The notes beneath the pieces were generated by a model that did no database searches, had not been told where the DNA came from, and saw only the letters and a list, made by a program, of their open reading frames with translations. The translations under genes were made by a program, and so were the position numbers. A DNA stretch of 64,000 bases from Podarcis erhardii (taxonomy: Eukaryota), in NCBI GenBank assembly GCA_964252035.1, contig OZ176204.1. One strand, 5' to 3'. Of the stretch, positions 24,000-36,085 are shown piece after piece. The stretch's first letter is position 1. Each line of letters starts with the position of its first letter.

Positions 24000-25300
24000 T
24001 CAATGCATCACTTGCATTACTCTGGTGGATCAAATGGATGAGACCACAAGTGGGTCCATGAGTCAAGAAGGCGGTTTCTGCGTGTGCTGTAGAGGGAAAT
24101 AAGGGGCAGGTGGGGCTCATTAACCTAGGAGAAGGAAAACTGATCTTAAACCTCCACTGCTTTGTGGCTATACTCATTGGTGAGAAAGGCTTCAGGAGTA
24201 AACGCTGAGGAATAATCTCTATCCACTGCCTTGCAGGACATCTTTGGGAGAGGCCAAGGAGTAAACCCGACACAAATCTGGAGCGGAGTCCCTAAGACTG
24301 TTGGTTGGAGCCTTGCATGCCTCCTTCCAACAACTCCTTCAGCCAAGCTGGTGCCAAATGTACTGTCTTGTCATCTGAGCAGCCCAGGATTCTCCAAGCT
24401 TGCACCCTGAAGAGGTCACTTTGGTGCTGCCAGTACAGGAGGGCACACTCAGTTTGAATGCAGCCTCTGAGAGAAGAACTACACCATTGATTGGCAAGGA
24501 GGGCACCCAGAAGAACCACATATTCATGGCATAGGTTTCACAGTGAGGCACTCCTGTCTGCAACAGAACTGCCAACCAAGGGCTCAGAATGCTTATTTCT
24601 CTCTGTCTCTCAACCACCTTTGGTCAGGTTAGCATCTTGAGCGCTTATGCTCCCTCTATGTGCTTGAATATATAGATCAAGCACCAGTTCTATGAAGAAC
24701 TAGACCAGACTGTCAGGAGGGTCCCAGCCCATGAACACCTATTCCTGCTGGGAGATTTCAGAGCCAGAGTTGGGGGTGATCATCACACATAAGACAACTG
24801 CATAGGTCATTTTGGTATTGGCAGCATGAACAAAGGTGGATAAAGGCTGCTGGAGGTATGTTCAGACCATAGCCCAAACATGTTCTTGAACATGTTCTTC
24901 TCTGCCAAGGCAAAATGGTAAGTGTCCTGGAGACATCAAAGGCCATTGGCAGCAGAGGGACTTGTTTGTCACCAGGTGATTGGCACTCAACTGTCTTTGT
25001 TGCACAGGGAGCGACTACAGTGCCAACTGTGGTATGGACTCCTTCTCCAGCCAAAGAGGACCTATAGCAAAAAGGAGAAAGTGTGGCCTTGAATCAACTT
25101 TGCCAGATCAGTCTTACTTGAACTTTGTGAATGCTTCTCTGATTCTGTCAAAGAAGCAATACTGAACTGCTCTATAGACAGCATCAAAGTAAGGTGGAAC
25201 CACATCGAAGGGGCAACCTACAACAAAGCTTTGTCCTCTTTCAGCAAAAGAGAGCAGCAGATCCCTGGCTGGTTTGAGGTCAGCATTAACACAGTGTGTA
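24000..25300 (+). mobile_element. RTE-clade LINE, 5' UTR and degraded APE endonuclease region
   Basis: From about 24620, conceptual translation gives VSILSAYAP...QFYEELDQTVRRVP.HEHLFLLGDFRARVG..H...IGHFGIG..N, the RTE endonuclease signature, with stops and frameshifts, and later IPGWFE. No RT motifs were seen downstream. Confidence 0.75.
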
Positions 25301-26951
25301 AAATAGCTTCTACTGAAATACTGATTCTTAGTAACTGTCTTGTGAAATGTGCAACAGTTAAAATGGCAATTGTTCACATTGTGGCACCAATCATAAATAT
25401 GCATTAAGCTCAACTTAGCAGGAAATGTGCGGGAAAGGGAGAGGCATGTTTCTGTTACACCAGGGAACAGCAGCACCCACAGATATACAATACAAAATTT
25501 ATTTACTCCTATGACATGTAACAACTTGGAAATAGAACAGCTGGCACCTCAAATTAGAACATTTTAAAATTAAGTCTTAACGAGTAGAAATAAAAATCAA
25601 CAAATTGACTTTTTTATACAGTACTCCTCTGGTGAGACATACTGTAAATCAGCTATATAACAAGAGGCAATAAAAACAGATTTATTTACTACTACACTCG
25701 CTGCTACCAGGAATCAGGCACAATATGAAAATTAATCTCTTATTCCAGACACACATTAGACATCTCACAAGCATGCATGCATAGTTACCTACAGAAGAAT
25801 AACTGCAGAAAGCAGTATGCTAACACAGGCCTCCTATACAGGCAAGTTGCACTGGAAGTTATAAGGATAAAAGCCAACTTCTTTTCTTGGAGCCACATAG
25901 GGTAGCCCTATTTCTCTCAAACCAATTGTTTTTGCACAAAAACCACAAATTACTTATTTACCTTCACTTCTCCCCACAGAATTATACGTCTGAAAGAGGC
26001 TGAAGATCACAGAGTCCAACCTTTCTCCCAATGCAGGATCTTCCACAGATCAGCTCCTTCCCCCACATTGAACCCACATAATCCCACACAGAATAATGCA
26101 TTTCCTGTATAATGCATTTCACCCCATATTTCTGGCAAGGATCCTGGCATGTGAATACTGAAGGTATACTGTCACGACCTCATTCTTCTTAACTTGGAAT
26201 TCAAGCAGAGCTGGGTTTTGTACTATTGTAGCTACTATATTGTATCCATATCCCAGCTGCTGTTGCATTCATGTGAAAATACAACCACATATGGAAATAA
26301 ATCTGTCCTGGGATCCGTTTTGTGTCACACATTAGTGGTGGTCAGACAGAGGACTCGAAGTCTCCAACTCCTCCTCTGTCATACAAATGTATCTCTGGCT
26401 GTCATCAGCATTAAGAGTTAATGTCTTCCATCTGTGCCCTAAATTATGAGTAGGATAATTTGTCTTAAGGGTTGTGTTTTCACATCCTTTCCTTTGGGTT
26501 AATGATACTTACAGTAAATGGCTTAGCTGGTGGGGTTTTGTTTCATTTTTTTGTTCTGTTTTGCCTCAGTACGTTCACTTTGCCGATTTTTTTCTTTTTT
26601 CTTTCTGAAGTATGTTGGAAAATGATTGTTCTGAATGAGGCTTGCCTTTGTATGTGCTATAAAGAGTACCTAGCTCATGTGCCGATCTGAAGACTGAGGA
26701 TTAACAGTACTGAGACATTTCCATGCCAACAGAAAGGGATACTGCCATAAGGGATAGTGTCGTATCATTTCAAGACAATTCCAGAACTAGGCCCACAGAG
26801 CATGAGAGGCAATGGATCCACTGAGGTATCAAGGCACACCGATGCAACTCTGAATACTCACTCTAAATCATTATGAGCTACCTGCACAGAACACATTACC
26901 CATGTGAGTTTTGAGGCCTATGCGTTTTCAGTAGAAAATGTTGTTACTTAC

Positions 26952-27107
26952 TGGTACAAGGAACCTCTGATGGATCAAAGTCAGCACGGTAGTAACCATT
27001 GCGACAAGTGCAGATGTGGGCAGCCTCTGACGTGGAGCGGCTGTTGGAGGGGCACTGTGTGCAGGTCCCGGCACCCTGGTTTGCTTTGAACATCCCTGCT
27101 GTGCAAG
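26952..27107 (-). CDS. EPHB1: EPHB1 coding exon (exon 4 by recalled human numbering), cysteine-rich EGF-like region
   Basis: 156 nt. Acceptor is a pyrimidine tract ending ttccag (AG at 27109-27108); donor GTAAG at 26951-26947. Translation (A)CTAGMFKANQGAGTCTQCPSNSRSTSEAAHICTCRNGYYRADFDPSEVPCT(S) has six Cys in Eph spacing and the EphB1-type CPSNSRS and GYYRADFDP motifs. Phase 1-1. Confidence 0.95.
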
Positions 27108-27447
27108 CTGGAATAAACAAGGGCAGAGAAAGAAACAAGAAGGTGTCAAATTCTCATCAAAATACATGTATCAGACAGGAACTGAATTAATCTAATTTTG
27201 TTGCAGTTCCCAAGACATTTTTCCAAAATATGGCATGAACATCATCAATAGAAACAAAGAATTTAACATCCTTGTACAGAAGCGCCTGGTTTGACTGACA
27301 AACGTCCTGAGAACTTTTGCTATTGGGTGGGGTGTAAATATATATCTATTAAACAAAAGCCAAGGTCTAGAAAGCCAGAGAACATCTAAGGATGAATGAT
27401 TATTTTTTGCAGTTTGTGGCAATGTAAGATGGCTGTGCAAGTGAGAA

Positions 27448-27689
27448 CAGTGGTACCTCAGGTTACATACGCTTCAGGTTACATACGCTTCAGGTTACAG
27501 ACTCGGCTAACCCAGGAACAGTGCTTCAGGTTAAGAACTTTGCTTCAGGATGAGAACAGAAATCGGGGTCCGGTGGCGCGGCAGCAGCAAGAGGCCCCAT
27601 TAGCTAAAGTGGTACCTCAGGTTAAGAACAGTTTCAGGTTAAATATGGACCTCCGGAACGAATTAAGTACTTAACCTGAGGTACCACTG
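27448..27689 (-). mobile_element. Tc1/mariner-type MITE family A, full length, inverted relative to 8954
   Basis: TIRs cagtggtacctc / gaggtaccactg with TA on the right; closely matches the reverse complement of 8954-9179. Confidence 0.9.
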
Positions 27690-27895
27690 TACAGCCCTGC
27701 TGCAATTCACTAGTGGTCTGAATTGGCTCATGGCAGCACAAGATGGCAAACTACTCCTGCCTGCTCGGGATTTAGGGCACTGCAGGCAGCTCCCCCACAC
27801 AGAAGAGAGATGGATAAAAAGCCACATATAAGTCTGCTGTCTACTGTGGAGTGACTCTGATTCTCTTTAATGTTAAAGGGCCTCTTTCTGTAATA

Positions 27896-28139
27896 CAGTG
27901 GTACCTTGGCTCTCAAACTTAAACCATTCCGGGAGTCCGTTCGACTCCTGAAACCATTCAGAAACCAAGACACTGCTTCCAATTGGCTGCAGGAAGTTGC
28001 TGCACTCAAGCGGAAGCCACAGAAGGGCATTTAGCTTCTGAAAAAAGGTTTGCAAACTGGAACACTCACTTCTGGGTTTGCGGTGTTCGGGAGCCGATTT
28101 GCTCAGGAGCCAAGCCGTTCAACTACCTAAGTACCACTG
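27896..28139. mobile_element. Tc1/mariner-type MITE family B (same TIR, different interior)
   Basis: TA-cagtggtacc ... gtaccactg-TA. Confidence 0.85.
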
Positions 28140-30375
28140 TAATGTGCCACTGAAAATAATTTGGGCAGGGATGGCCTTCTTAGTACTCTTCCAAACTTAT
28201 AATATTGAAACGAGTTATCTGATCAGCTTATTGGTACAAAGTGTAATTCTTTAAGTATTGCTCCACCACAACTCCCATTTATTTTTATTACTGAAGTATT
28301 CTGCAAACTACATAGCTTGTTTTAAAAGAGATCCAATTAATAAGGGTTTGCAGAATTGTTCTTCAAGGGGGAAAAAATCTAAATATGATTCATTATTCCT
28401 GTTCTGATGTCTTACATGAGCCATCATTCACGATGCCCTCTGACAAATCGGGGCGCGGATACAAAAATGAAAAAAAATAAAAGCAATCTATGTCTCTTTG
28501 TTACATCTTTCTTTAAATTTTAGGCTGCAAAACTATGCACATTTACCTGGGAATAAGCCACAGGGAATAAGCCACAGGGCTTATTTCTGAGTAGACATGC
28601 ATAGGATCACACTATTAAATGTATTGAATTCAGGCTGTCATACCTATGCAAGATTGTTGCTACCAGCCCTAAGCCATCAGAACAAGAGGATATTTAATAC
28701 ATGGAAATATATATTTAAATAGCACATTGCATCAGAGTTTCATCCTATGACATTTGGTCAGTTTTGCAAAGTATTATTAACCATCACAATTCCAGTAGCC
28801 TGGCATATCAACTGATATTCTCAGACGAGTCCTTGACCACACTATAAACACCATTGCTCTTTTCAGTCTAATTGGCAGCTTTGGCACAGAAGATTTTTGC
28901 AAGCAAAAATTTAACAAAGCCACTGGGATTTAATGTTCAGAAAAGTTAGTTTCTAACACTAAGATGCTAATGTACAATGATACAGAGTGAGCAGAGGCCG
29001 CCAGGATATTTGTCTTAATGAGACGGGTGAGCTAAAATGGGCTGTTGACATGAGTCCAGTGTGAAATCTTTGCATAATAGCTAGTTGTTGATGCAGAAGG
29101 ATAAGGGTGGGAAGTTTAGAAGCTGAAATAAATTTATAAAGCAAAAACAAAGTTAAGAAGCATTAGCTTGACATGGAATTGTCTCATCTAATCATAATGA
29201 TGGATGATGCACCATTAAGGACAGAAAATCATACCGCTTACTCTCACTTACACAATTCTCTCCACTCCGATTGGCTGTGGGTGTCTGATTTGCATAATCA
29301 CTGAATGGTAATATGCCTTTTCAGGCAAAATATCCAAGCCGTGTGACAGCAACTAAGATTACGAGATTTCCCATCCCCTTGTCATGACAGGTAGGTACAG
29401 ACTCAGGAATGGGGTGGTGGGGAGGGGAGAGAAAGGAAGCAAGAGACTGTCTGGAGGAATGCTGCTCAAATTCAGCCTACAGCTTTTCAAAGAACTCACT
29501 TGAGATTGCTTTTTAATACTTGTTCATACTTCATTTACAATGCCTGCACACTCACAACAACAACAATCTGAAGGGTCTTTTGATTATCTCCCTCAAACTA
29601 TACCCAGTGCTAATGTGTTTCTAGGCCATCACCTCAGAGCTTATTCAACCAGAAGCTAGCAATTAATTCATAAATAGGAAGCCCTCTCCAACTAGAGCAA
29701 TAATAATGTTTTTATCCTTGCTGGTGTGATGATTCATTAATCAACTGGCTCTCCGTGACTTGTGATCCTGTATGCAAAACATTAGTGGACTGACAGCCTG
29801 CTCATTGCTCCAACATATAACAGAAGATGTACAGCCCAAAGGTGAGTTAGTTCTAGTCTTCCATGAATCAGTTACTATGTGAATGAAAAATGGATGAAGG
29901 GTGCTCCAGGATAGATGCCAGGGTTATATTTTTAACTACATGTGTAGCTCAGTAGGAGAGAAAATAAGGGGGATCACGCTGAGCTAGTAAGAACAGAGAA
30001 AGAAATGCACTGAAGCATTATGCAAACTGAAGGGGGAGTTTCTGTTTGCTTTAACAATGAACTTGGTTCTTTTAACAGAATGCAACTGAGAAAGAGGAAA
30101 AGGAAAACCAGCTATTATCAATAGGTTGTTCTTCAAATCATTGCCAGCGGAACTCCAAGACGACCAATGGTTCAAGAGTGGCAACAGAAAGTCATACTAA
30201 TTAAGACAGCCCTTAGGTCACAGAGGAAGAAATTATGCCTGGTGGCTTCAGCTGTTTCTTAACACACTTTTGACCTCTCGGTTATTGGATGAACAACAAA
30301 TCATAGAAATGGTTGCAAATCCAGCAGCAGCAGCACACCGAAAGCATGGTCAGTCAGAAATATGCAACTGGTTGC

Positions 30376-30940
30376 TCTCGTGGACTGGTTGGACACAGAT
30401 GATTGGTGGGAGGAACCAAGGGATGAAGGCTCAGAGCCTGGTGTGTGGAGGTGGAACAACGATGAATGATCACATGGAGAAGAGGGAGAAGTCTGGGATG
30501 AGGAGATGTTGGAAGGTGAAGAGTTAACAGGGCTTAGTGAGCTGGGAGAGTCTGTGGCAGACAGAAGTCCAGAATCAAGAGTCAGAAGGGGCCAAGAAGC
30601 AGAGATGAATCAGGCTGGTGAAGAGTCACAGGTATCTTCCTCTCTTGCTGTGTCAAGCTCCCCTCCCTGCTTGTCTCCCAGAACCAGAAGAGGCATGAAA
30701 GAGTGAAGGAGCAATTGGTGATGCACAGAATCAGCCTCTGCTTGGGGAAACACCTGGTGAGGAGGGGACTTTGGGCAGTTGTGGGAAGCCAGGGACCTTC
30801 AGTCTTAGCAGCTGCTTCATGGGGGCAAGACCTATTGGAGATGAATTGATGTGTTCATTACACCTGACACTCCTGTGCATAACATGTTTTAATAAAGAGT
30901 CATCTCCATAGTGTGATTTACTGCTGGTTTGCTCCTGACA
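30376..30940 (+). mobile_element. Solo LTR, 565 bp, older and antisense to EPHB1
   Basis: 5-bp TSD gttgc at 30371-30375 and 30941-30945; 3' end cctgaca; 5' end tctcgtgg interpreted as a decayed TGTC start; AATAAA at 30891-30896. Confidence 0.8.
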
Positions 30941-32394
30941 GTTGCTTAGAGGACTTCAGAGAACAGTATCTCAACAATTAAGTATTCTTCATATCTTTTT
31001 TTCCTCCCACCTCTGCCCCTATCTATCCCATCTCAACTTACTTTGCAAACCCAAATGCTACCCATCTTCCACTTCATGGGTGGGCACATGGAATCCCATA
31101 TGTGCAACTGTGTGCATGTAGTCCAATGCTATGCAGAAGGATCTATAGAATGGGTGGGAATGATTCATCATTGGAAGTGCTCCCCCTCTTCCCCTCACCT
31201 CAATTTAATTGCCCAGCTCTAGTTTTACCCATGGAGCCAAGCGTAAGGGGAGGGGGAGAGGAAGAAGACTGAGTAGGGGCAGCCCCCATTCCAGGGCAGG
31301 GGTTAGCAATGCATGATAACACTGGGTGGTCGTGTGCAAGTCATTATGTCTCAGACTCATCATAGACACTCACACATGTGAACATTATCAGCTGGGGAGA
31401 ATAATATTTGCCTATACTAATGGAAGGTCTGGTTCAGAGGAAGGTGAAGGAGTTGCTCTAAGTAGGCAAGGACTCTTGGGCTGGGAAGGTAGGGGAGACA
31501 GGAAAACAAACTAGAAACTGTATGTAGCATAGTCTAAGCTTTTCTATGAAAAAAGTGAAAAGCAATCTATGTCTCACCACAAGAAATGGGCAGCAGAGAG
31601 GCTACAGCAGAGATCCTCAAAGTGATTAGGCCTTGCAAGACTGGAGATCATCTGGAGTAACATATGGTGCCCTCCAGGTCATTAGAGTAATATTTCTCAT
31701 GTGAATATATGCAGTGGTAAGGTGGTCATGATATAGATTATTTAGTATTCCACAATTTAATAGATTCATCCATCCATTCTTTTTTAAAAATCTTTTTTGT
31801 CCTTTCATTTCCCCTTTGTAGTATCTAATACCGCCTGAACGTTGGGGAGAAGGGTAGGTCAGTTAACGAAGGTATCATGTTTCCTGCATCTGATTTTATC
31901 ATTATATTGATTAAAGTCATGGTAAAATAAGATGCAAGACATGTGCACTATGTATGTGTTATATTGTTTTCTGTTTACTATTTAAGATTGGACTTAATGA
32001 CAACTAAAATTGTGGGTAAGCAGCAATGAAGGAGAGAAGGGGTCCCCATGGAATGGTCTATTTTAATGAAACGAAAAGCTCATTGATAAAATGTTAACAA
32101 CAACAAACATGAAAAGCAGACTTTGGAGAATTTTGAGCAAAGGAATGGCTGGAGCGAAGGGGAGGCATCTCACCCGCTTCCCACTGGCTGTTTTCCTATT
32201 TAAAATCCCATTTTCCCCAGGGGCTTTGTTTGTTTCATGTATTGCAAGCAAAGCACAGACCCAAACTAAGCCACTTCATCTCCAAGTTGCCAGCTGAGTT
32301 CTCCCTTATTCCCACTCTTCGGCTGCTACTGGAGGGTACGGTCTATAGGCAGGAAGTGTGAGGCAGGAAGCTTACAGGAGGTAATCAATATTCT

Positions 32395-32540
32395 GGGTCA
32401 GGGAAGCCAACAAGGTGGCCTCCTGATGTTGATTGACTACAATTCCATCATCCTTAGCCAGTGACCATGCTGAATAGGGCTGATGGGCATTGGAGTCCAA
32501 CAACACTCGAGGGCAGCACAACATTGACTACCCTTAGGCT
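32395..32540. mobile_element. Hairpin hAT-type MITE, degraded
   Basis: gactacaattccatcatccttagcc...gctgatgggcattggagtccaacaac core. Confidence 0.65.
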
Positions 32541-35500
32541 GGGTGCTGATAGCTAGGTATGGAGGATTTGTCCTAGAGGCCAAGGATTCACCTCTCTCTG
32601 CCCCAACACAATATGGTGCACCGTGCAAAATTTGAGAACCTGAGAGTCCTTTATTCAACTGTAAAATAGGCATTATCCTCGCCCTATAATGTGTCTGGGA
32701 GAGGGAGCAGGGAGATGAGTCACTGATACAATTGCTTGCCTAAGACCACCCTGTATGTCCATACCAGAGACCTGAACCAGAGGTTTCCCAGTGCATAGTT
32801 ATGTTTTAAGTCATTGTGTTTTGCCAGCTTGCTTCTTTTTCTTCATTTTACTTTTGTCCTGAACAGCCCAAGAGTAGAGAAAGAGCATATACAGAGAGCC
32901 AGGAAATTATGGCAGGCTGACATTAAAGGAGCAGAACCTTGGAATGGTGACACTAACACTGAATTCCCTGGGGAATTCATTGCTAGCCCTGCACAAATCA
33001 ATCCCTCCTTAGAAAAGCAGGTGTTTTGTTGTATGGATTTACCGGGCCTAAAAAGGAAGCATAGGGATAGGGACCTTGGTGGGATCTGCACAAGGACCCC
33101 AGCTGTCCATTGAAAAAGTATAGCCACAAACAGTTTTCCTCTTTGGTCAGCACATGTGAAGATGGAGAATTCTGAGGATGAACCACAGCAACTATAGCCA
33201 TGCATAGATGAAAAGGGAATGAGGACTGTTAGCAATGGAGGAGGGATTATATTCCATGAAATAAGAACCATAGTTTATATGTGATGGGCTATTATTTGAC
33301 AGCCTGAAGATTTTGACGATTAAAATTTCTAAAGTTATAAGGTCAGAGTAATCCTATAGTTGTGGTATTGGGCAATATTCCATGGTGGAGCTACTTCTGC
33401 TTTCCATGCCCTGCTAGATCCATAGCTAGCATAGTTGAGGCCTCCTTTGTGTGTGGGGGGGGGGATTCAGGGTAAGAGGGGCACTGAATCCTGTGAATTT
33501 TTGGCCACCCCAAATAAACTCTTAAGCACTTCATTCCCACCACCACCAGCAGCTACTATAAAAAGAGATGAAAATAAAGGGGTGGTTATTTTTAAGATAC
33601 ATTTGGGCAACGGGAATTTTATAAACAAGATTAAGTTATAGAAATACAATCATCCCACAGTACAAATATATAACTTTAAAAGATGCGAACAAAAATAATT
33701 CTAAATACATAAGAAAAATATGAAATCAATGCAAATAAAATGTTTGTATTTCATTGTTTAAAATCAAAAGAATGCCATGTTTCAAGATGTTGTACTTAAA
33801 ACACAGTAAGAACACAAAAGGATGCTATCTAACGGAAAAAGTAGGAGCGGAACACACTCACAAAAATGCAATTTGTTTTCTACAGCCCTCCCCTTGTGAT
33901 TGTAAAAGCCATCAGAACTGCTTTTTCTAGCACCCCCCCCCCATTCCTTCACCCACATGGAAACCATCACTCCACAGTCACATTACTTCGTAAAGAAACA
34001 TATTAAGTGTCTCATAAACAGCGCAGTGATTGAGATAATGGAAAGTGCCTCTTATCCCCTGTCTGCTGCATCAGGATATCAGACATCTCCTCACAGCCAA
34101 GGGGAGGAAATTAACAGGAGCAAGCTGGAGCAACCACTTTGATGCAATTTCCTTGGGAGATAGCGGTCCATCTAATCTTTATTGAAGTCCTTTAACCTCT
34201 AATTCAAAACACACACAGGTCTCTTGCTCTCCCAGTTCCTTCAGATAGCACAAGGACACAAAATACCTGTCCTAAGATGTGTACAAAAAAGAACCCCCAA
34301 TGATGGGTGGATCCACTTGGTGCCCCTGAGCTCACAGAAGGGTGATCCATTTAGTAGATAGAAGGAGATGAAAACTTTATTTTTTTGCTGGTTCATCTGC
34401 CCCCTTGCAGCTCCCACTGGAGGGGGCCCCTACAAAATAGGGTGAAAGGGAGCATGGGGGACAATATCCGGCAGAAAGGGAAATTTGCAAAAATGTTCTT
34501 TCCTCCTCTTTTACTAGAGTAAGGCTAAGCCACTGTATCCATACCCACATAACTTACTGGACCAAAGAATCATTGCAACAATGTTGTTTAAAACAAGGCA
34601 TGGATGGTGGTGGTGGGGCTCTAAAGTGGTTTACCAGCTTCTCACATACCTTATTTTAATGCATTCTTGCATTCTTAAATTTTTCATAGCAGGATATTTA
34701 AGAACCAGCTACATCTTGCTAAAAAGTGTGGGAAGGGAAGAATTGCAGTGGGGTTGTTCCTCCACAAGAATGTTTGGGGTTGTATCTTTCTCTGTTATTC
34801 TCTCTAGGCCTTTTCAATTGGAACAACCTTATGATGATGGGGAAGAGGGTCTCTCTAGTTGTGCCACTTGTCTGGAGCTGTGCCTGATGCCTTTTCAGTA
34901 CCAGGTGAAGACATTTTAATTAGCTGGGGCTTTTTTCATCTCTGTGATTATTCTTAATCTCTCTTCTCATTTTGTAAATGCTGCTGCTTGTATTACTTTA
35001 AATCCTTATTTGTTGTTTTACTTTCCTGCATTTTAAGGCTCCCTTGTGAACCACTCTCAGAGTCCCTTTTGGGACTGCAGAGTGATCTATCAAATATCCT
35101 AAATAAAATATAAATAAATAGATTTTGTCTATGACCTGCTCTCCCTTTCTTCTGTGTAGCCTTGCCATGAGATAATTGAAACAGACGGCAGAAAGCAGCT
35201 CAGATGGAACTTGTGGGTGTCAGAAAACATGTCCCAGATTGCTCTAACAAGGGGGAAATGGGCTAGATTTAGCAGCGTGTAGTCTCAGTATTTATACAGC
35301 GAGATAACAATCTTGGCTATTGGGTAAACGCATTTCTTCCAGGTTTCTGAAAACAGACCCATCCATTAGCCTTCCTTCACCTGAATACTATTTTGGCCAC
35401 ATGTGCCCTCAATATGCAGGTCATAAAAAGTGATCGAGATGCCCTTTTTGCTTGATTAGCCCAGAACCACTTTCATGATGAGAGACTGTTCAGGCACCTC

Positions 35501-36054
35501 CAGGGATAAACAGTTTTCAAAGCTGAGCAGAAGGTTAAGGGGGAAAGCCATATAGAATGAAGAGTTATGATGACTGCTTGCATTCTGGTGTGGATCATAT
35601 TCTTTTAAGGGCGGTGGGTTGGTCACACACCAAATCTATCTCTCGGCTATAGCTGTTTGTACTAAACAATGGGGGCATTACATATCAAGTGATCCAACTT
35701 TTTTTACCTCGTGTCATCCAATTTTCTTAATTTGTACACTTGTTGAATGATCAAAACCAAGCTTAAATCTAAAATTTTAATTGTTTATCTCATCTCGTTT
35801 GTGAATGATGAGGGTTTGAAATTTCAAAAAGTTGACCATTTTGGCCTTGCCAGACTACACAAAAACATTAAAAGCTCAGTTCAAAATTGAGATACATCAA
35901 AACTAAAAACATGTTCCAAAGCTGAGTGATAGCTTGCTATTGCATGATAGATTTAAACTTAGCTTTGAGCACTCAGCAAGTGTACAAAATATTAAGAAAA
36001 CTGAATGACATGAGGTAAAAAAGTTGTATCACTTGATATGGAACAACCCAATGG

Positions 36055-36057
<3 letters not shown>

Positions 36058-36085
<28 letters not shown>
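36058..36085. repeat. (GAT)n microsatellite
   Basis: Direct reading of the sequence. Confidence 0.95.

Larger units (their letters stand above)
16036..26951 (-). other. EPHB1: Complete GT-AG intron between the two exons (10,916 nt, phase 1)
   Basis: Bounded by GTAAG at 26951 and AG at 16037-16036; splicing preserves the reading frame. Confidence 0.93.

Noticed and set aside
28479-31575. Identical 18-mer aaaagcaatctatgtctc at 28479-28496 and 31558-31575
   Set aside because: A-rich, no extension of similarity, and plausible by chance; not the ends of a recognisable element.
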